64,000 nt of DNA, taken from the NCBI GenBank assembly GCA_001179505.1, contig CDMY01000821.1, forward strand, positions 191,887-255,886, read 5' to 3'. Made by a program: the position numbers and the translations under genes. The notes beneath the pieces are model-generated. The model made no database searches. It was not told the DNA's origin and saw nothing but the letters and a program-made list of their open reading frames with translations. The DNA is from Vitrella brassicaformis CCMP3155 (Eukaryota > Protista > Chromerida). Shown here piece by piece: positions 1 to 11,706 of this stretch (positions within the stretch are counted from its first letter, which is position 1; each line of letters begins with the position of its first letter).

Positions 1-50
1 TCCTTCTCTCTGTCAGCCAACCCATCAGTCGACCGACATATCACAATCAC

Positions 51-1913
51 TCAATCACTCCAAACCCCTCCCTCCCTCCCTCCCACCCACCCATGTGCTA
101 CTACAACCATGCATCTCGTCTCCCCCATCTTGCTGCTGCCCCGATCGATGAACCACTGCATGACCAGGAGCCATGCCTGCCGATCATCGACGGGCAGGGG
201 GGGAACTACCAGTCGCTGCTCCAGGTAGGACACAGCTGACTGATAGTTCCCAGGGTCGTTCAGTGGCTGGATCACTTTCGGACCGCCGAGACGCGGCCGC
301 GGGGCAGGAAACAGTGTGTCTCCTGGGGGCAGATTCAGCTCCTGCCTTGTGCAAGGAGGCTTCAGGACGCACTTGCCGACGCCCAGCAAAGTCGCATAGA
401 GGGCCCGGCCCGCTCTCGTCCACATGGACGGCTTCTCGGGCGTCTTCGGCGGCTTCCACAGCTGCGGGCGCCTCCCGATGTGCGTCTTCTTGTGCAGACG
501 GCTGGAGTGGGTGACGAGGGGTAGGAGGGAAGGGAAGGGGGGGTTGATGACCGTCGCGCTGCCCACAGATGCCCGCGGCTCGGGAAAGAGCTCATCACCC
601 GCCTCGGGCCCGACAGAGATTGACCTGCTACTGCCGTTGTTCTCGGTCTCTTTCTTCTTCGCATACCACACCATCGATATCCGCCGCTGCACCTCAGGCA
701 GTGAGAGGTGAGCTGCCGCCTCCTGACGAGACATTATCTTCGGCGCTGCCGCATCGTCCCCAATGGCCCACGTCTCTTTGTTGTCAGAGCACTTGGCCAG
801 TGCCGTACAGTGGCCGCCATTGACCTCCTCGTGTCCGTTGTCGTCCCTGTCAGGATGGTGGAACTGGACGGCGAATAGCTCGAAAGGGACGGGGCTGATG
901 ACAGTGGGCAGCTCAAGTGTCATGGGGGCCGAGATGCGAAGGGGGCTGGGGTATTGACGGTCTATCGTCCCCCAGTTGGTGTAGTGGCACTGTGCGCGCT
1001 TCACCGACAGCGCCAGGACGTCCGCCGCATCGTACATCTGCTGTCTGCAATATAACCAAAGGAAACAAGCAATGGATGGATGAATGGCTGGATGAATGGA
1101 TAAACATCGATGGATTTGTGTCATAGGAGCACCCCGTCTTACTTGTATGTGATGCGACCTCCGCAGCCAGAGCACGGGCGCTGGCCTTCGGGCTTATCAT
1201 CTTGCAGCAAGGTCGCCTGGATGACCTCCGTGAGATCCCACTCCTTGGACAAATCCATCACGTCAGTCACACCAACTTCCACCACCCTCTCCGTAGCCCC
1301 AACCGCTTCCCTCCCCTCGCCACACTGACACACCTTCTTCCTCAGAAGGGCACATCCAAACACCGCCCCAAATCGGGTCTCCTCCGAGACACCAGCCGTG
1401 CTCTCCTCACATTCGATAATTTGCAGGAGAGCACGGAGGGTCTCAGCGGTGTCCTGCTCGCTCTGCATATCGAGGTCGTAGTCACTGCCCCAAAACTCGC
1501 CACGCGGCTTTTGAAGATGAGAGAGCAGTGGCGCCATATCGAGAAGTGGGGGGCCCTGGCCGGCCGATGATGCGACGGTGAGGGTGGTTTCGATGTCGAT
1601 GAACGCCTCTTTGAGGGTCTGCAGGGTGGCGGAGGCTTCACCAACGTTGCGCCTGCACGCCGACAGACATGAGCACAAATTGCAATTGCAATTGGATGAA
1701 GCGAGGGGCATGCCATGCGATGGCTCTCTCTCAGAGTCTCTCTCTTATGCAGAGCCCCGTGCATTGTGCAGCCCTTCTCTTGTTCATCAACACCAACCTG
1801 GCAAGCAGAAATGACCGCAATGGATTGCAGTTGTAGAGGCTGAAGATAAGGCTGTTGAAATGGCAGATGACGCCGGATTCATTCCGAAGTCTGAAGGGCC
1901 CGCGGCCATCCAT
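51..1913 (-). CDS. Ubiquitin-specific protease (peptidase C19/USP family) with C-terminal extension; may continue past the left edge
   Basis: Spliced (exons ~1913-1800, 1642-1143, 1043 leftward; phases consistent). Cys box GPFRLRNESGVICHFNSLIFSLYNCNPLRSFLL, QDTAET box, Zn-finger-like CQC...CSGC, LALSVKRA, His box FELFAVQFHH...GGHCTALAK...WAIGDD. The start codon is uncertain. Confidence 0.75.
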
Positions 1914-3104
1914 CGTGTGTGAGCAATTTGGGGAAGGGGAGGGCTGGGGAGGGGCTGATGGGGGGCTACCGTTCAACCTTGGAAGGCGTCACTCACGTCC
2001 AGTTGGCTGAGACAACGAGTGAGACGTGTGACGAGACCCGGCTGGGGGCGAAAAATCCGATGGGAAAGGAGCGAATGATTGGCAAATGACGACAAGGGCT
2101 GCACTCAAATTGACCCGAAGAGCCTTCTGGGAACGCAAGAAGACGAGGAAAGCGCAGATATTTGGTTTCGAAAGTTTTGAGCTTGCGCCTGTCTGGAAGC
2201 ACGGGTCACTCACTCACGTTGAGATGAATAAAGTCACCACCATCCATCCATTCATTCATTCATGCGTCCAGTCCAGCTATGAATACACATGCACAGCGCA
2301 TTCTACACCATCGATCACCTGCACACATGCATGTGTATGGCAGTGGTACGCGCGAGGGCCTTACTCCCAGTCCACCCATCAAAACAAGCCCAAAGCGCAC
2401 CCACATGGGCACCCGACTCCACTGCCCGCCGGTATCCCATCTTGTGCGTGCCTTTCTGCCTGTCTGGATGGCTGAGCCATGCAGACATGGTGAACAGACA
2501 CGGCTGGGACCAACCACAATCATGACATATCCATCCATCCGTCCGTCCGTGTAGTTGCATGGTTCAAAAAAGTCGGCAGGCATCGAGTGAGTGGGTGAGT
2601 GATTGCATGTGTGAGAAAGTGGACAAAACACACACACACGAGCCGCAGCGCACACCACGCCACACCGACCCCCGCCGTCAGTCACCCGGGCCGGGTACCA
2701 AGCATGGCAGCAGTCACCCGTGCGCATGTGTTCGCCTACGTTCGTACGCACGCATGACAGAGGGCGCACACACTCGACACACGACACACGACACGACACA
2801 CCCATGCATGTCTGAATGCAGGCCAAGTGAAGCCCTCTCTCGTCATGATACATACAGTGGCTGGGCTGGCTGGCGTGCATGTAAGCTGCCGCTGGCTGTA
2901 CACCCACCCCACCTATCCATCCATTCATCCATCCCATCAAGTGACTGACATCAGAAAGTGTATCTCTCCACGCACAACTCAATCATCTCTCTCCAACCGC
3001 ATTACGGAATGCCCGCCTGTGCAACCAGCGGGCAAAAAATTACCCAGAGGCAGCGAGCGAGGCACCTAAGAGGGCGGCTGTCTGGCCGGCTCATGTCGTG
3101 TCGA

Positions 3105-6100
3105 TCAGGCCGAGACCGAGACAGGCGTGGCTGCGCTGCCGTTGGCCATGTGTGTGCCGTTGGGTGTGGGGGTGGGTGGGACGGGGGTGGAGCCGCTCGC
3201 GGTCTCCCAGAGGCTCTTCCACCGCATCACAAAGTCGCCGAAACTCTCGCCCTTGGTGCGATCCTTCGCATACGTCCTGACACAAATTTTTGATTGGCAC
3301 ACACGTCCATAGGTGTTTGGGGTCTCTCGTGTGTTGTGTTGTGTGTGGTTGGGTAACGTACTTGAGGATGGGTGTGAGAAGCTGCAGGATTTCTTCCTCG
3401 TTGACGCCCTCCCTGTAGACCTTGTTGAGCCGGTGGCCCTCGAAATCACCGCCCAGCAGCAGGTTGTAGTATCCTGGACTGCGGCCCACAAACGCTATCT
3501 CCGCCAGATACGGCCTGCACATCGTCAGATGACAACACACGTATGCCGTGGCGGCCTGGCGCTCTGTGTGTGTGGATGTGTCATGGCAGGCAGGCAGGCT
3601 GACCTAGCGCATCCGTTGGGGCATCCTGTCATCCTGATGGTGATCTCGTCCTGGTGCAGGCCGCACTCGTCCATCACGCTGTCCAGCTTGGTCACCAAAT
3701 CAGGCAGATACCTTCACACACAACACATACGCACAGATCTATTGTGTTCTTCCTTGTTGCCTGTTTCTCCCTCGCCCCTCCCTCCTCCCTCTTTCACCTC
3801 TCTGCCTCAGCAAACGCCAGTGGGCAGGTCGGCAGGGCCACACACGCTACCGAATTGAGCCGAAGAGCCGAGTGCCTGCATGGGAGGTGAGGACGACAGC
3901 GCACAGTCACATACAGAGAGAGAAACCTTGTCTGTCTGTCTGATCATCGCCCACCCACTCACCTGGAGTTGTCGACCCCGTACATGTCCAGGAGCGCCTT
4001 GATGGCGCCCTTGTCGGCGTCGCTGATGTTGCTGATGGTGAGGTTCTGGTTGCAAGTCAGCCTGAAGTTGCCCTTGTGGACGGATGCCAGGTGGCGGATG
4101 GCCGTCTTGAGCTTGTAGTCGGGCAGGTCGACCACCCGGCCGTGCTCGATGAACATGGTGTAGTGCCACTTGCCGTCGTCCGTCTTGGCCCAACCGTACG
4201 AGTCGCCACGAGTCTTGAACGAAAACGGCCTGCAATGCAGACACACACAAAGGTAGGCATCTTCTTCAGGTGGTGGTCATCAACGAGTGTACCCTACCTG
4301 GCCTTCTCGAGTTTCCTTCCGAGCTCCTTCTCCACTTGTGTGCGGAACCAGTCGACGCCGTGGTCGTCAACCGTGTACTTGAGACGCGCATGCTTCCTGA
4401 ATTAATTCACACGCACACGCACACACGCGATGGATGCGATGAATGAGTCTGGCGCGGTCTCTCTCTACCCCTCCCCATGTGGTCGCACCGCACACCACAC
4501 CACACCACACCTGTTGGTTCTGTCACCGTGGTCCCTCTGCACGGCCATGATGGCGGCCAGTACGTGTTTGGCGTCGTCGGGTTTGCAGAAGCCCATGACG
4601 TCGGCCGTCCGGGGGAAGGTGGCCGGGTCGTTGTTGGTCGCACCCATACCGCCACCCACCGTCACCGTGAACCCCTGAGGCGATGCGATGCGACCAAAAA
4701 CGGTAAAACGAAACGAATGCATGCCATGGGGATGGATCCATCGATGTAGATCTATCTCTTCGTTCGTTCGGTGCTGGAAGAGCCATCGTATCGTGCGCAT
4801 CTCACCTGCAACTCGCCCTTCTCTATAATTGCGATGAAGCCTACGCAGTGTGCAAACACATCTGACACGACACACACCAAACACACCAAAGGAAGGCACA
4901 GCAGGAGACAGACCCAAAGATACATACGATGGATTGGGTAGGACCACATGCATCGCATCCAACGCGCAGCGCACACATGTCCGTCCGTCCGTACTCACCG
5001 ACGTCGTTTACAGGCGGTATGGCAACGGCGACTTTGAATTTGCGTGGGAGGTATGTCTTGCCGTACAGGGGCTCCTCCTCGACGGGCGTGTTGGCCGCCA
5101 CCAGCTTGCTCGGCAGGCCCTCACCGCCGCCCTCGTCCAAGAATATCTCGTAGTACGCACTCGTCCTGACACAACACAACCAAGCCCAACCAAACACCAG
5201 ACAGCCGTGTGCGTGAGTGTGCCGAAGCCAAGCCCCTCTCTCCATCCCTCTCTCCCTCCCCTCTCTGCATCTCTGCCTCTCTGCGTACCTCGGCAGCACG
5301 AATTCCGAGAGTTCCTTGCTGATGGCCTGGATCTGGTAGTATGTGTGTGCGGGGCAGACGCCGGGTGTGCTGGTGCAGATGACGTTGCGGTTGACATCTC
5401 CGCAGGCGGCGATGCAGTCCATGCAGGCCTTGGCCATGCCCCGCACGACCGTCTTGAGGTTGCGCTTGATGATGCCGTGCAGCTGGAACGTCTGACGGGT
5501 CGTCACCTTGAGCGTCTCGTTGCCGTACTGCGATGACAACTCATCCATCGCCTGCAGCACACATGACATGCGCACACCACAGGAGAAGCCGACACCAATC
5601 CCATCCACACATCGTGGAGGTGCGTGTGTGGCGTCTGGAACGTACCAGCCACTGGTGTGGTTCGCAGAGTCCGCCTGGCAGCCTGACTCGCGCCATGAAG
5701 GAGAAGGCCTTCTCAATGCCCAGCTTGGCACGTTCGCTGCGCATCTCCCGGTGGTCCTGCTGGTAGATGCCTGACGGTCCGGTCCGTCAAGTCCGTCAAC
5801 ATACACACACACACACACACACACACAATCATAATCGTGTGTGCGTGCGTCTGGTCGGAATGTTGTGTGGATGACTGACCGTGGAATTTGATGACTTTTG
5901 TGTCTTCGTATGGGATGCAGCCAGTGGAGACGTCGTCGAGGGTGTCCTTGAGGGAGCCCCGCAGGTAGCGGCTGGCGATCTTGATCTCCTCGTCAGTCGG
6001 GTGCCTCGTGTCAACCGCCTCCTGCACACACACACACACACAGACAAGCAAACAGCCAAGGCACACCGGTGCATTGCCACGAGTGTCTTCACTGCTTTAG

Positions 6101-7429
6101 TGGTGTGTACCTCACCTCCTGTTCGACGGCGCCGACTCTGTCGAGTCCGAGTGTCTTCCAGAACTCAGGCTCCCACTTGCCCCAACCGTCCTCGTACTTG
6201 TCAGTGTCCTGCACACACACCCACACCCACACCCACCCACCCACCCACACACACAGAGTGTCACGGGTGTGTGTGTGCCGTCAGGTCAGCAAGTCACGCA
6301 GGTCACTGACCTGGTCGTCTCCGATGCCGCATGGCAGCAGTCGGTGTGCGCCCAGGTGCTCCAAACGACTATCCAAATCACGACCCGCCTTGCAGAAATA
6401 CTGAGGGTCCGGCCTGCAGTGCACCACACACACCCACACCAAAAACGATACCTCCTCAGAATCCACCAGCCCGCCAGCCCACCCATCTCCACAGTGTGGT
6501 GTGCTGTGCCTCGCTCACCAGTAGTGCCTGTCTCCGAGTGCGAATACGGCGAAGCTAACCCCATCGAGCGTGAAGCCCGGCTCGGTCTCGCACAGCCCCG
6601 TCCAGAGCTTCTTGGCGTTGCCCGGGAACTCCCCCTGCCCAGCCGTGCACACGACCGCCACCACGTTCTTCTCGCCCTTGAGCTGCGGCGGCTCCACCGT
6701 GTCCATCGGCACACACCTGTTGTCCGCCCCCCTCGCCTTGGCCTCCTTGGCCAGTCGCTTGGCCAGCCCCTCGGCGTTGCCACCGTCCGACCCATACACG
6801 ATCAGCAGCGGCACCTTCTGCGCCTCGGCCAGGCCACCCCGCAGCTTGGCCAGTGAGGCCTCGAGCAGTGGGTGGCCGGCGGGCAGCTTCTGGACGTACT
6901 TGTCCTTGAGATCAGGGTGCGCCCTGATGAGCAGGTTGAGCTGCGACTCGCGCTCCAGGAACTTGGACATCCCCTCAGGCAGGCTGCCCGCATCCACGCA
7001 GAACGGGTCGCGGCCCGCCGCCTCAGCAGAGGGGTCCCACCGGAAGCTCACGTCACCCCCGACCAGCACGATGGACGGCCCGTCGTAGTCGGCCGCCTGG
7101 GTGAGTGCGCGTGTCATCTGCAAGTCGGTAGCGTCTGAGGCGACGGCAGCGACGAATGCGGTGCCGTACTCCATGGCGAGGAGCGCGAGGTCCTGCCGAT
7201 AGGACGCCAGGTTGTCGGTGATGAGCACATTGAAGGTGGTGTCCTTGGCCGAGGCGACGGCCTGCACCGACGAGAGGGCCGCATCTTCCGAGCGGCTGAT
7301 GACTGCCCAGTGGACGTGCTTGGACGTGGCCTTGCCCAGCACCGATGCCGACACTCGGCCGCTGTAGGTGCGGAGCTTCGACGAGTCGAAGAGCCGCTTC
7401 AGAGACGCCACCGCGTTGCCGTGACTCAT
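3105..7429 (-). CDS. MET5: Fungal-type assimilatory sulfite reductase beta subunit (PFOR-remnant + flavodoxin + siroheme/[4Fe-4S] hemoprotein)
   Basis: Multi-exon, GT-AG. PFOR C-terminal remnant (FNVLITD...[18 protein letters not shown]...[11 protein letters not shown]); flavodoxin ([32 protein letters not shown]); SiR motifs [107 protein letters not shown]. An in-frame upstream ATG at 7600 is also possible. Confidence 0.95.
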
Positions 7430-7787
7430 GGCTGCTCTGCGATGCCCTAATACATCCACGAGAGAGCGGAAGAGGCTGCACCGGAGGAAAGGAGCAGGTC
7501 TCGAAAAAAAGCTCGCAAGTCCAGTGATTGAGGAGGATTCCTTTCGCACAAGACGCGGCGGGAAGAGCACGGCTGGCACATCCAGAGCTCCGCAGCACAT
7601 CGGCAGGCTTCATCCATAGCCACAGAGGCTACGTGGCATCTGCTTGTGTCCAGCGCGCGTCGCCGTCGCCAGCTGCCCAGTCGCTCGTTCTTGTGTGTCT
7701 GATTGAGAGAGAGCGCCCCACATCTGCTCGTCCTTGGTGTTGCTTGGGTTCCCCTCATCAGTAGCTAGCCGGTTCGGTGCCGCCTGT
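7430..7787. promoter_or_regulatory. Putative bidirectional promoter shared by the sulfite reductase alpha- and beta-subunit genes
   Basis: Divergent starts (7429 or 7600 on -, 7788 or 7818 on +) are 187-388 bp apart. No specific motif identified. Confidence 0.6.
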
Positions 7788-7817
7788 ATGAGAAAGACTT
7801 CAGCTGTGCCGGCGACG

Positions 7818-10800
7818 ATGAGCTTCTCGCCGGAGGGTCAGTTCCAGCCCGCCATCTACGTGCTGCACGAAAATGCCGACTGGATGGTACGCCGCCACAC
7901 CCACATCACACACACGCTCGAGGGAGACACAGAGGGAGGGATACACATCAATGGCCGCGTTGATGTGATGTCTCCAACCGACAATGGTGTGTGTGTGTGT
8001 GCGTGTGTGTGTGTGTGGTACGTCGTGCAGGAGCCGTTGCGTGAGGCGTTGTACAAGACGGAGGAGCCTGTGTACGAGTGGGACTTCTCGCCCGAGAAGT
8101 CCGACCTGGGACCCATCGACCTCACCAAAGAACCGCCTCTAGGTAAGGACGAAGGGACATGATGACAACCAACACAGATGAGATGGCATCACATATATCG
8201 GCTAATATTTCCATCACTTCACTTGCTCTGCTTGCGTGTTCCCCTCCCTCCCCACTTACACGTCGATGCGTCAGGTGTGTTTTACAACCGGATGTCGGCG
8301 TCGTCTCAGTACCGCGGGCATCGCTATTCGTGTGAGTACACCTCCGCCATCCTCGGATGGCTCACCGCTCACGGCCGGCCCGTCCTCAACGGCCCACAGG
8401 CACTCGCCCTCGAGGTCAGCAAGATGGCTCAGTGGGCCGCCTTCCAGAGCGTCGGCATACCCACACCATACACCATCGCCGCTTTCGGGGAGAACCAAAT
8501 CCTCGGTAAGTCGAGTCGACGTGGGATAGTGGGCGTTTGGGTGCGGCGCGGTGCGGGGGATGGGATGTGCGTCACGGTCTGTGTGTGTGCGCGTGTGCCA
8601 TGTCATGTGCAGAGGTGGCCAAGAAGCTCGAGAGGCAAGGGCCCTTCATCCTGAAGCCCAACAGATCCGGCAGCGGCATCGGTACCAACTCACTCACCCT
8701 CACACGTGTTATGGATGGGTCTGGTACAAACGTAGATCACGGATGTGTGTTGTTTGTGCGCATCGCATCAGGTGTGCGTTTGTTCAGCAGTGCCAAGGAG
8801 GTGTCTGAGTACTTGCAGAGCGGCGAGTTCGAGATGAGTGTGGACGGCATCATGCTGCTGCAGCAGTTCATCGAGGCCCAGCACTACTACAGGCTCGAGT
8901 TCGTCGGCAAACAGTTCCTCTACGCACTCAAAGTCCAAACCGGTACGCACGCAAACCTCATACAAGTGGCAGAAACAGAACCACGAACCCCACTCACCTG
9001 TTGGGTTGGCTGGCTGACGCGATGCAGGTCAGCACCCGACGCGCAAGAATTCGTTTGACTTTTGCCCGGCCGCCAAGATCCACCCCGAATCCAACGTGCA
9101 GGACCCTGACGAGGTCGAAGCCGAGGTATATGAGATGAGATGCGCACACCAGACACCATCCACCACACCACACCACACCACACCTCACCTCTCCCTCTGT
9201 GTGTGTCTGTCTGTCTGTCTCTTGGTTGATCAGTCTGAGTTTTCGTCTCAGTTTGTGGTGTGTCCCGAGTTCGACCACCCGATCATCCCCAAGATCCTGG
9301 ACCTCATGCGGCAGCGGGACATCGACGTCTGCGCCGTCGAGTTCATCGAGGCGCAGGACGGAACCCCACTCGCATTCGACCTCAACACCAACACCAACTA
9401 TAACAAGGTGGGTGCGGATGGATGGATACGTGTCGGGCGGGCAAGGGGGTGACTGTTGGCTGATCTGATCTCTGTGTGTCTGTGATGCTGTGTGCAGGGG
9501 GCTGAGGAGCGGGCGAAGCTGCGTGATGCCGCCACTGGCGCGGGGGCCATCGGTGAGAGAGACAAACGACACACCCGCGATCCACTCACACACATTCCGC
9601 TTTGTTTCTGTCTGTGTTCCCCCAGCATCAAGTCTGCGTTGTGAGCTGTTCACATTGCGCAAGAGGCTGCCGTCCAAGGCGCTGGCGCACCTGAAGAAGC
9701 AGCCGGCCATCAAGGACAGGCGGCTGGCCCACAAGGTAGAGAAGCTCCACAGACGCGAGGCCATGATGCCGTCCCCCTTCCCCGCCATGCGATTCGCCTT
9801 CAACCTCCTCGATAAGTTCCAGGTACACTACACACCCATTTCGTCCACCCACATTCATCCATCCAGCCATCCATCTGTCGCTCACTCGTGCGTTCATTCG
9901 CTCGTTCAGACTGAGTCGTCGGCTGCCAAGTTCATGGCGTTCGCGGACTACTATCAGCCGCAGTTTTTGGTGCGTCCCGACATGCCCGACGTGGAGCTCA
10001 TCACGGTCACCAAGAACCAGCGGCTGACGCCTGACGACTACGACAGGAACGTCTTCCACATGGAATTCGACACAAGCAAAACCAAACACGTCAGGCACTA
10101 CAAGATGGTGAGAAGGAATGCAATGCCGAGAGAGAGACACACGGACGGGAGGGAGGGAGGGAGGGAGGGAGTGTGATTGATGGGATGGTCACTCGTGTGT
10201 TTTGTTGTGTGTCGATCAATCAGGGTGATGCGTTGGCTGTGTATCCGCTGAACCGCCGCGAGCTGGTCAGCGAGTTCATTGACTTCTATGACCTAGACCC
10301 CAAACAAGTCATCTCGCTAGACGGTATGTCACTCAACCTTAGTTGAGTGGGCATCCCCTCCCCCCTCCCCTCCCACACCCACACACGGACTCTCCCCCCT
10401 CCCCTGTGTGCTGTGCAGGTGTGTTTGAGTTGGGCGAGGGCGTGACGGCGCTGACGACGGTCGAGCGGCTGCTCACGCAGATCTTGGACGTGTTCGGGCG
10501 GCCCACTCGTCGGTTCTACCAGCTGCTGTACCCGTTTGCCACGGACGTCGAGGAGAAGGTGGCGCTGGCCGAGTACACCCTCGACAGGAAGAAGGACGAC
10601 TTCCAGAAGCGGGTCGAGAGGGGCGTCACCTACTTCTCCATACTCAAGGAGTTCCCCAGCGCCAGACCACCACTCAGGGAACTCGCCAAGTGAGTCGGTG
10701 GTGGAGGGAGGAAAGGAGGGAGGGAGCATCCATGTATCTGTTGATGTGTGCATCGGTCGGTGTATTGTGGCGTCTGTCTTGTGTACGTGTGTGACATCTG

Positions 10801-11706
10801 TAGGATGATTCCGCCCATCAAGTCTCGTTTGTACTCGATAGCGTCGTCCAGCCTCATGCACCCCGATAGCGTTCACCTGCTCGTGGTCGAGGAGACATGG
10901 GACACTGCCGACAACGAGCACAGGTAAATATATATATATGGGCGGCTGGGTGGTCGGGTCGGCAAATGGGATTGATGCACGCGACATGCATTTTGTGGTG
11001 TGCTGTGGTGTGGTGTGTGGTCGATCTGATCTGTCAGGGCTGGTTTGTGCTCGAATTATTTGAGTGAGCTCAAGGTTGGCGACCAGGTGGCAGCATCCCT
11101 CACCGACTCCCTCATGCACCTCCCCAAGAACCAGGAAGAGCCCATCATCATGGCCGGTACGTACCCTCCCCCTCCCCCTCCCCCTCCCCCCGCCTCCCTC
11201 TCTCACACCAGCACATGCACATCACATAGATGAATGACGTCTGTTGCTCCCTTGTGTCTGTCTGTGCAGGTCTGGGCACAGGCATGGCCCCCTTCCGAGC
11301 CTTCATTGAGGAGAAGGCGTACTGGCATCGCAAGGGCGTGAAGGTCGGCCCGGTGGTGCTCTACTTCGGCTCGCGCTACCGGTCCAAGGAGTTCCTCTAC
11401 GGCGAGGAGCTGGAGGCCTACGAGAAGGAGGGCCTCGTCACCTCCCTCCGGCTGGCCTTCTCGCGCGACCAGAAGCACAAGGTGTACATCCAGCACCTCA
11501 TGGCGCAGGACGGAGAGATGCTCAACGACTACCTCTGCAACAGGAACGGCCACTTCTACCTCTGCGGGCCCACCTGGCCGGCCGAGGACGTCCGCCAGGC
11601 CATCGAGGGGGCCTTCGTGCAGTACGGCGGGATGGGCAGTGAGGGCGCGGGCGACAAGCTCAAAGAGCTCAAGGACCAAGGACACTACATCCTAGAAGTC
11701 TACTGA
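7818..11706 (+). CDS. MET10: Fusion protein: RimK/GshB-like ATP-grasp ligase + Met10-type sulfite reductase alpha (FAD/NADPH) module, ~806 aa
   Basis: Exons 7818-7886, 8031-8142, 8275-8505, 8613-8681, 8772-8942, 9028-9125, 9234-9407, 9498-9552, 9626-9822, 9910-10107, 10224-10323, 10419-10689, 10804-10923, 11038-11156, 11270-11706 (2421 nt, all GT-AG, frame preserved). ATP-grasp motifs: IYVLHEN, VFYNRMSASS, EVSKMAQ, FILKPNRSGSGIGV, LLQQFI, YRLEFVG, VEFI, FDLNTNTNYN. Met10 motifs: RPDMP, NQRLTPDDYDRNVFHMEF, LDVFGRPTRRFY, RLYSIAS, GLGTGMAPF, FSRDQ, FYLCGPTWP, terminal YILEVY. Confidence 0.9.

Noticed and set aside
200-277. PLNDPGNYQSAVSYLEQ as a second USP Cys box
   Set aside because: No cysteine, and no downstream USP motifs are visible.
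3105-7429. Pyruvate:NADP+ oxidoreductase (PNO) or ferredoxin-dependent SiR/NiR
   Set aside because: It has siroheme-Cys motifs (not in PNO) and a fused flavodoxin plus PFOR remnant (not in Fd-type enzymes); the arrangement matches Met5.
7818-9560. Bacterial contamination or misassembly as the source of the ATP-grasp
   Set aside because: It is interrupted by eight canonical spliceosomal introns with the same microsatellite style as neighbouring genes.
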